Shown here: one piece after another, positions 57,983 through 64,000 of the stretch
How the letters are laid out: every line of letters starts with the position of its first letter
Numbering within the stretch: the first letter of the stretch is position 1
NCBI GenBank assembly: GCA_900767645.1
Contig: CAAFZY010000021.1
Coordinates: 11,137-75,136, forward strand
Length of the DNA stretch: 64,000 bases
Direction: 5' to 3'
Origin: Alphaproteobacteria bacterium
Lineage (GTDB): Bacteria; Pseudomonadota; Alphaproteobacteria; RF32; CAG-239
Notes under the pieces: model-generated
Databases searched by the model: none
What the model saw: only the letters and a program-made list of their open reading frames with translations
What the model was told of the DNA's origin: nothing
Translations under genes and position numbers: made by a program

Positions 57983-59800
57983 TCAGAGTTGTGAAGCGTA
58001 TAAATCCCATAATTTTTCTTGCTCGCCGATATTATAATTAACTTCGGCGAGTTTTTTATTTAACTCAGCATAGTCAATATTACCTCCGGCGGCAAGCTGC
58101 TCTTCAATGTCATGTTGTTGCCAATAAAGTTCGTCCAAAGCAGTCTCTGTTTGTTTAATTTTAACCTGCAAAGTGCTTTTAGACATCTTTTTTTCTTTTA
58201 CCGGACATGCTTTCTGCTTAGGTTTCAGCTCATTTTTATCTGTTTTTTCATTGAGCAAAAAATTGCGATAATCTTCCAAATCGCCGTCATATTTTTTACA
58301 AGTGCCATCACGCACAATCCACAAATCATCAGCCACGCATTGCAGCATATAAAAATCGTGCGTAATTAAAATTACTGAACCGGTATAGCGATTAATCGCA
58401 TCAATCAAAGCCTCGCGCCCTTTTAAGTCCAAGTGATTGGTCGGCTCGTCCAAAATCAGCAACTGCGGTTTCGGTAAACAAATTTCCGCCAAGAGCAACC
58501 GCACTTTTTCACCTCCCGAAAGCGATGATATTTTAGTAATCGCCTTTTCTGCCTCAAGCCCGAATCCGGCTAAATAAGTACGAATCTTGGCTTCAGGTTT
58601 ATCCGGCATTAAAGCGGTTAAATATTCCACCGGAGTTTTATCTGCCGGCAGAGCCTCGTTTTGATCTTGATTAAAATACCCTACCCGCAGTTTTGGTGAT
58701 TTAAACACCGTCCCGGTAAGCGGCTTTAAAGCGCCGGAAATAAGTTTGGCCAGCGTTGATTTACCGTTACCGTTGCGCCCAAGCAATCCGATACGCTCGT
58801 TTTCAACCAAATTCATATTAACTTTGCTCAAAACCGGCACATTGTTATAGCCTACCGCCACATCTTCAAGCTTCAAATACGGCGATGGCAAGTTGTCGGT
58901 TTCAGGAAAGTTAAACACATCTTTTTTATCGGGGACAAACTGTAACTGCTCGCCCATTTTTTCAATCATTTTAATACGGCTTTGCGCCTGTTTGGCTTTG
59001 CTTGCCTTATAACGGAATTTATCAACAAAGGCTCGTAAATGCGCACGTTTTTCTTCATCTTTTTGAATTTGCCGCTTTAAATTTTCTGTCTTTGACGCGT
59101 ATGTTGCTTGAAATGTTTGGTAATTACCATGATACAGCACCAATTTTTTGTGCTCAAAATTTAAGATTGCCTCGCAATTATTATTCAAAAAACTTTTGTC
59201 ATGGCTGATAATTAACAAAGTGCCGCGATATTTTTTCAAATAACTTTCAAGCCAGACCGTTGCCTCCCAATCAAGATGGTTTGAAGGCTCGTCAAGCAAC
59301 AAAATATCAGAATTTTGAAACAAAGCGCCCGCCAAAGTCAATCGCATGCGCCAACCGCCGGAAAAGTCATGTATCGGGCGGATAAAATCTTGCTGTTCAA
59401 ATCCTAACCCATGCAAAATGGCGGCAACCCTGCTTTCTGCCGAATCGGATTCCAACAAGCGCAAATGCTCGTGAATATCGGCAAGTTCGCTTTCTTTTGC
59501 CGTCAAAAGCTTTTCGCGATAATATATCAACGGTTTGTTTTTGCTTAATACAAATTGCAAAATCGGCACCGAAGTATCGGATATTTCTTGCTCGGCAAAG
59601 GCGATAATCGCATTTTTCGGCGTTTCGATTTTGCCTAAAAACGGCTCGACTTGCCCAAGAATTGCTTTAAACAGAGTGGATTTTCCACAGCCGTTGTCAC
59701 CGACAATCCCCACTTTTTGTCCATCGGCAATTTGGCAAGAAGCGCCGTCTAAAAGCTCTTTACCGGCCACCATTAATGTTATGTTATCAATTTGTATCAT
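57983..59800 (-). CDS. ABC-F family ATPase (Uup/YheS-like) with C-terminal coiled-coil
   Basis: Two ABC domains with no TM segments, an inter-domain linker and a charged C-terminal extension. Confidence 0.85.
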   Translation of the reverse strand: MIQIDNITLMVAGKELLDGASCQIADGQKVGIVGDNGCGKSTLFKAILGQVEPFLGKIETPKNAIIAFAEQEISDTSVPILQFVLSKNKPLIYYREKLLTAKESELADIHEHLRLLESDSAESRVAAILHGLGFEQQDFIRPIHDFSGGWRMRLTLAGALFQNSDILLLDEPSNHLDWEATVWLESYLKKYRGTLLIISHDKSFLNNNCEAILNFEHKKLVLYHGNYQTFQATYASKTENLKRQIQKDEEKRAHLRAFVDKFRYKASKAKQAQSRIKMIEKMGEQLQFVPDKKDVFNFPETDNLPSPYLKLEDVAVGYNNVPVLSKVNMNLVENERIGLLGRNGNGKSTLAKLISGALKPLTGTVFKSPKLRVGYFNQDQNEALPADKTPVEYLTALMPDKPEAKIRTYLAGFGLEAEKAITKISSLSGGEKVRLLLAEICLPKPQLLILDEPTNHLDLKGREALIDAINRYTGSVILITHDFYMLQCVADDLWIVRDGTCKKYDGDLEDYRNFLLNEKTDKNELKPKQKACPVKEKKMSKSTLQVKIKQTETALDELYWQQHDIEEQLAAGGNIDYAELNKKLAEVNYNIGEQEKLWDLYASQL

Positions 59801-59816
59801 ATCGCACTCATTTATA

Positions 59817-59849
59817 TAAAAAAAGAGGTTTTATTAAAAACCTCTTTTT
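59817..59849 (-). terminator. rho-independent terminator after tRNA-Pro
   Basis: agaggtt/aacctct stem with flanking A- and T-runs. Confidence 0.7.
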
Positions 59850-59926
59850 ATGGTCGGGACGAGAGGATTTGAACCTCCGGCTTCTTGCACCCCATGCAAG
59901 CGCTCTACCAGGCTGAACTACGTCCC
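59850..59926 (-). tRNA. tRNA-Pro (anticodon GGG)
   Basis: I folded the cloverleaf by hand on the minus strand: CGGGACG acceptor, anticodon loop ATGGGGT, TTCAAAT T-loop and encoded CCA. Confidence 0.9.
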
Positions 59927-60205
59927 GTTATGTGAATAAAACTCATAATAATCTTTGGTGCAAGCAGCCTCCGGCTTCTTGTCTTGCTTCGTAAAGCTCG
60001 TTTTATAAAAACTCGCTAACTCCGCTTCGGTCAAAGTAACTGTAACATTCGCTAACTTCGTTTCGCTGTTCCTCAACATACACAGTTTATTTTTTATTGC
60101 AAGTATTTTTTTATCTTGTTGGTCATTATGATAAACTATTTGCTTTTAGATTTGCTTTATGTTAGTTCTGTTCCAACTTATAACCACTAAACAAAAGGTA
60201 AAATT

Positions 60206-61543
60206 ATGAAAGTTGGAATTATCGGTACCGGATATGTCGGACTTCCTACCGGCGTCGGTCTGGCTGAACTTGGACATGATGTTATTTGTATTGATAAAGA
60301 CGAAAACAAAATCAACGCACTGCAAAACGGTCAAATTACATTGTATGAGGAAGGTTTGGAAGAGCTTCTGCGCAAAAATTTCCAATCCGGCAAAATAAAA
60401 TTTACAACCTCAATGCAACAAGGCATTGCCGATGCCGATGTTGTTTTAATTGCCGTCGGCACGCCTCCTCACCCCGTTACCAAAGCAGCAGATATGCAAT
60501 ACATATACGCCGCGGCGGAAGAACTTTCGCATTATTTAACCGGCTATACGGTTGTGGCGGTTAAATCAACTGTTCCGGTCGGAACCGGCGATGAAGTTGA
60601 AGCAATTATCCGTAAAAACAACTCCAAAGCGGATTTTGACGTTATCTCCGTGCCGGAATTTTTGCGTGAAGGCTATGCCGTCAAAGACTTTTTTAACCCT
60701 GATCGCATTGTTATCGGCACCGAATCGGAACGCGCCAAATCAACAATGGCTGAATTATATGCCTCTTTTGCCGACAAAACCACGATTTTATATGTAAAGC
60801 GCCGCTCTTCCGAAACCATTAAATACGCATCAAACGCTTTCTTGGCGGTTAAAATTCATTACATCAACGAAATGGCGGATTTTTGCGAACAATCAGGCGC
60901 TGACATCAGCGAGGTCGCCAAAGGTATGGGACTCGACACTCGTATCGGCAACCGCTTTTTGAACGCCGGCCCCGGATACGGCGGCAGTTGTTTTCCGAAA
61001 GACACTATGGCTATGGCATATATGGCGCGCCAAAACGGTGTGAATATGACGCTTATTGAAGATGTTATTAAAGAAAACACCAACCGTAAAAAGAAAATGG
61101 CTCATCGAATTTTAGAAGCAGTTAAAGATATACCGAATGCTAAAATTGCGGTTTTGGGTTTGGCTTTCAAAAACGGCACTGATGACTGCCGTGAAAGTCC
61201 GGCGATGGAAATTATCAACGAACTGCTCCGCTTTAATGCCGATATCACCGCTTTTGACCCGCAGGCCATGAAAAACGCCAAGCATTTACTCGGCGAACAG
61301 ATTAAATTTGCCGATAATATGTATAGTGCGCTTCAAAATGCCGATGTTGTGGCAATTTTAACCGAATGGCCGGAATTTAAAGAGCTTGATTTACATAAAA
61401 CCGCCAAATTATTGCGTCATACAAACATTGTTGACTGCCGCAATTTGCTAAACAAAAATCAAGTTTCCGAATTGGGCTTTAATTACTCTTGCATTGGTTA
61501 TAATTCCGCATTCGGCTGTAACAAAAGCAAAAAAGCCGCGTAA
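60206..61543 (+). CDS. ugd: UDP-glucose 6-dehydrogenase
   Basis: N-terminal GTGYVGL Rossmann motif and the catalytic GGSCFPKD motif. Confidence 0.9.
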   Translation: MKVGIIGTGYVGLPTGVGLAELGHDVICIDKDENKINALQNGQITLYEEGLEELLRKNFQSGKIKFTTSMQQGIADADVVLIAVGTPPHPVTKAADMQYIYAAAEELSHYLTGYTVVAVKSTVPVGTGDEVEAIIRKNNSKADFDVISVPEFLREGYAVKDFFNPDRIVIGTESERAKSTMAELYASFADKTTILYVKRRSSETIKYASNAFLAVKIHYINEMADFCEQSGADISEVAKGMGLDTRIGNRFLNAGPGYGGSCFPKDTMAMAYMARQNGVNMTLIEDVIKENTNRKKKMAHRILEAVKDIPNAKIAVLGLAFKNGTDDCRESPAMEIINELLRFNADITAFDPQAMKNAKHLLGEQIKFADNMYSALQNADVVAILTEWPEFKELDLHKTAKLLRHTNIVDCRNLLNKNQVSELGFNYSCIGYNSAFGCNKSKKAA

Positions 61544-61544
61544 C

Positions 61545-62027
61545 ATGCCGCAATGTTTTAATCCGGTAATTTTTCCGGAAACAAAATTTTTAATTATCGG
61601 CACCATGCCGAGCGAAGCGTCATTAAAAGCTCAAGAATATTACGCTTTTAAGCAAAATGCGTTTTGGAAAATTGTGGCCGATATTGCAGGTTGCCCGCAA
61701 ACTGATGATTATATGCAAAAGCTTAAGATGTTGCAAAAAATCAAGGCCGGTTTATGGGATAACCTGCAATATTGCGAGCGCACCGGCAGTTTAGACAGTA
61801 ATATACGCAACGAATTTCCCAATGATTTTACAAGTTTGCTGAATAACAATCCGCAAATTAAGAAGCTTTTATTTAACGGGCAAAAATCATTGGCATTTTT
61901 CCAGAAATATCAGACTGATTTGTTAAAAAGATATGATTATGCGGCGTTGCCTTCAACAAGCCCTGCCAACGCCTCAGTAACATATCAAAACAAACTTATT
62001 TTATGGAAATCCGCTTTAACGGATTAA
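61545..62027 (+). CDS. DNA-deoxyinosine (hypoxanthine) glycosylase, UDG superfamily
   Basis: FLIIGTMPSEASL...YYAFKQNAFW pattern. The start was trimmed to the ATG 1 nt after the ugd stop. Confidence 0.7.
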   Translation: MPQCFNPVIFPETKFLIIGTMPSEASLKAQEYYAFKQNAFWKIVADIAGCPQTDDYMQKLKMLQKIKAGLWDNLQYCERTGSLDSNIRNEFPNDFTSLLNNNPQIKKLLFNGQKSLAFFQKYQTDLLKRYDYAALPSTSPANASVTYQNKLILWKSALTD

Positions 62028-62065
62028 TTTTTTCTTTGCATAGTTGCCAAAAGACGGCAGTTGTT

Positions 62066-62159
62066 ACAACTTATGCACAGCATAGACTCGTAAATATTGC
62101 AAAAAAAAAACGCGAGCTAAAATCTTTTCAAAACCAACTTTTTGAGGAGATTTTTACTA
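62066..62159 (+). promoter_or_regulatory. conserved pilin upstream cassette, copy C
   Basis: TTGCAA 62097-62102, A10 tract 62101-62110, TAAAAT 62118-62123 and a GAGGAG RBS. Confidence 0.6.
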
Positions 62160-62966
62160 ATGAAATCACATTCTAGCCGCTTTTTACATCGTATATTGTC
62201 ACACTCCGGTATAAAAGAGGTGTTCACCTCTTCTTTGTCACTCTCCGACTTGATCGGAGAGTCCAGGTCAAATAAAGTAGCAAATTTGTTCCACCTGGAT
62301 TATCGGGTCAAACCCGATAATGACAGCTTATGTGCAGGGCGCAGCATGGTAGAAATGTTAGGCGTGCTCGCCATCATCGGGGTGCTGTCGGTCGGGGCGA
62401 TTGCCGGATATTCCAAAGCCATGTTCAAATATAAGCTCAATAAACAGGCGGAAAGCTTTAATATACTGCTGAATAATGCTTTACAACTGACTGAAGATTT
62501 AACCAAAACGGTAAAATCCGTTGATATTGACACTGATTTTTTTGCTAAAGCGAACTTATTGCCTGACGGTATGTACTATAAAGCCAGTAAGAATCGTATT
62601 TATGATATTTTCAACAACAAAATTGCGCTTTATTATATAAAGAACGGTTATGCAAAGGTTTATGAATATGTTTTATTGATTGATATGGAACGAGCCGGCG
62701 CTAAAATAAGTGACCGGAGCCGCGAAATTTGCCGCAACATAGCATTAACCGCCAAAGAAAACGCCGCCAATTTACATTCATTCAGAATGCGGTCTTCTAC
62801 CGAATCAAGCTACACGGAAAATACTTTATACGGGGGATTATCAACAGTTAATTATAATTTATTACAAAATGCAACAATTAAACAAATTGACGATATGTGC
62901 GCATCTTGCGACTCTGAAGTTGGTTGCCAAATTGTTATGTATCTTAACTTAATACGATATAAATAA
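62160..62966 (+). CDS. type IV pilin-like protein, paralog C, 60-aa predicted leader
   Basis: The ATG has the same spacing from the RBS as in paralogs A and B. CAG|RSMVEMLGVLAIIGVLSVGAIAGY, and a C-terminal CASCDSEVGC motif. Confidence 0.7.
   Translation: MKSHSSRFLHRILSHSGIKEVFTSSLSLSDLIGESRSNKVANLFHLDYRVKPDNDSLCAGRSMVEMLGVLAIIGVLSVGAIAGYSKAMFKYKLNKQAESFNILLNNALQLTEDLTKTVKSVDIDTDFFAKANLLPDGMYYKASKNRIYDIFNNKIALYYIKNGYAKVYEYVLLIDMERAGAKISDRSREICRNIALTAKENAANLHSFRMRSSTESSYTENTLYGGLSTVNYNLLQNATIKQIDDMCASCDSEVGCQIVMYLNLIRYK
62216..62320 (+). repeat. chain of four stem-loops inside the leader coding region of pilin-like gene C
   Basis: Stems are 62216-62231 (6 bp), 62240-62262 (9 bp), 62262-62299 (7 bp with a long loop) and 62300-62320 (8 bp). 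Confidence 0.75.
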
Positions 62967-62968
62967 GC

Positions 62969-63003
62969 AAAACCCCGCCGGAAAATCATTCAAGCGGGGT
63001 TTT
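62969..63003. terminator. bidirectional terminator between pilin-like gene C and recA
   Basis: aaaccccgc/gcggggttt stem. Confidence 0.7.
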
Positions 63004-63021
63004 CGCCGTAAACAAGATTAA

Positions 63022-64000
63022 TTAATCTTCATCACTGACCGGTTCATCATCACCGATTAACTCTGTGGTTAAATGACCGGCATCGGCGCGAATTTTGTTT
63101 TCAATTTCATCGGCAACAGCCGGATTATCACGCAGGAACAATTTTGCGTTTTCACGTCCCTGCCCCAACTTTTCGCCTTTGTATGAGAACCATGCGCCTG
63201 ATTTTTCAACAATTCCGGCTTTGACGCCCAAATCAATCAATTCACCGGTTTTGGAAATGCCCTCGCCGTACATAATGTCAAAGTCAACGGTTTTGAACGG
63301 AGGAGCAACCTTGTTTTTAACAATTTTAACGCGGGTTTGGCTACCGATAACATCGTCTTTATCTTTAATGGCGCCGATGCGGCGAATATCCATACGAACG
63401 GAAGCGTAAAATTTAAGCGCGTTACCGCCGGTGGTGGTTTCGGGGTTGCCGAACATAACGCCGATTTTCATACGAATCTGGTTAATAAAAATAATCAGCG
63501 TATTGGAGCGTGAAACGGTTGAGGTGAGTTTACGCAAGGCCTGACTCATCAAGCGAGCTTGCAAGCCCATGTGCGAATCGCCCATTTCACCTTCAAGTTC
63601 GGCCTTCGGAACCAAAGCGGCAACCGAGTCTACAACTAAAACATCAATTGCGCCGGAGCGAACCAAAGTGTCGGCAATTTCCAACGCCTGTTCGCCGGCA
63701 TCAGGTTGCGAAATCAGCAAATTTTCAATATCAACGCCGATTTTTTTGGCATAAGACGGGTCAAGCGCGTGTTCGGCATCAATAAAGGCACAAGTTCCGC
63801 CTTTTTTCTGAGCTTGAGCAATAACACTCAATGCCAATGTGGTTTTACCGGAGCTTTCAGGACCGTAAATTTCAATGATACGACCTTTAGGTAAGCCACC
63901 GATACCAAGGGCGATATCAATACCGAGCGAACCGGTGGAAACAGCTTCAATATCAATGTTGGTGCTTTGTCCCAACCGCATAATCGAACCTTTACCGAAG
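63022..64000 (-). CDS. recA: recombinase RecA, partial (5' end beyond the window end)
   Basis: [13 protein letters not shown]-loop and the canonical RecA core. The frame stays open upstream of the ORF-track Met (..[10 protein letters not shown]). Confidence 0.95.
   Translation of the reverse strand, partial: FGKGSIMRLGQSTNIDIEAVSTGSLGIDIALGIGGLPKGRIIEIYGPESSGKTTLALSVIAQAQKKGGTCAFIDAEHALDPSYAKKIGVDIENLLISQPDAGEQALEIADTLVRSGAIDVLVVDSVAALVPKAELEGEMGDSHMGLQARLMSQALRKLTSTVSRSNTLIIFINQIRMKIGVMFGNPETTTGGNALKFYASVRMDIRRIGAIKDKDDVIGSQTRVKIVKNKVAPPFKTVDFDIMYGEGISKTGELIDLGVKAGIVEKSGAWFSYKGEKLGQGRENAKLFLRDNPAVADEIENKIRADAGHLTTELIGDDEPVSDED

Noticed and set aside
59801-59820. A leaderless-type promoter (TATAAA about 10 nt before the ATG) for the ABC-F gene, embedded in the tRNA-Pro terminator.
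   Set aside because: This rests on a single AT-rich hexamer in an AT-rich spacer. Read-through from tRNA-Pro is equally plausible, so it is too weak to report as a feature.
62080-62100. A sigma54 (-24 GG / -12 GC) promoter for the pilin-like genes, as in Pseudomonas pilA.
   Set aside because: In copy A (4567-4580 minus; also copy B, 18101-18117) the GG-to-GC spacing in ggactcgtaaatattgc is about 14 nt rather than 11. Copy C (the span given here) and the remnant copy have tagactcg with no GG at all.
1-64000. CRISPR arrays, IS elements, integrases, prophage clusters, toxin-antitoxin pairs and known defence systems (RM, CBASS, retron, Abi).
   Set aside because: I saw no regularly spaced short repeats and no transposase, integrase, reverse-transcriptase or nuclease-type ORFs. 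The only dispersed repeats are the pilin cassettes and the duplicated tRNA-Lys terminator.

Overview
This window is a chromosomal segment of a low-GC Gram-negative bacterium. Spot counts give about 35-40% GC in housekeeping genes; I did not compute it exactly. Several local gene orders look alphaproteobacterial: hfq-hflX, rlpA-PBP5-tmk-holB-tatD-MBL hydrolase, and nuoN-like-birA-RNase J. A [FeFe] hydrogenase, HydF, desulfoferrodoxin and a nitroreductase point to an anaerobic, possibly host-associated lifestyle. I call about 60 protein genes, mostly housekeeping. One co-directional minus-strand block (26.2-43.1 kb) is packed with 1-, 4- and 8-nt start/stop overlaps. There are three tRNAs (Ser-GCU, Lys-UUU, Pro-GGG). 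I saw no rRNA, CRISPR array, transposase, integrase or phage cluster. Eight things stand out.
(1) A dispersed family of type-IV-pilin-like genes: three intact copies plus one internally deleted remnant. All are driven by the same ~95-nt promoter/5'UTR cassette, which carries an A9-A10 tract. Two copies carry a hairpin-dense module in frame inside an abnormally long prepilin leader.
(2) A NuoL/M/N-like trio with no nuoA-K next to it and apparently degenerate channel motifs.
(3) Tandem HydF paralogs, one lacking all three cluster cysteines, with near-identical nucleotide patches between them.
(4) An AlbA_2 (Schlafen-like) domain gene translationally coupled to rnhA.
(5) A duplicated tRNA-Lys 3' end plus terminator bracketing a ~140-nt segment that can fold. 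A higher-GC two-gene membrane module follows it.
(6) A 994-aa lipoprotein with three ~197-aa tandem repeats.
(7) An orphan 395-aa gene behind three 10-bp-phased GATACA repeats.
(8) yejE-yejF coupled to an unknown 668-aa membrane protein where yejA/yejB would be expected.
All homology calls come from by-eye motif recognition, not database searches.
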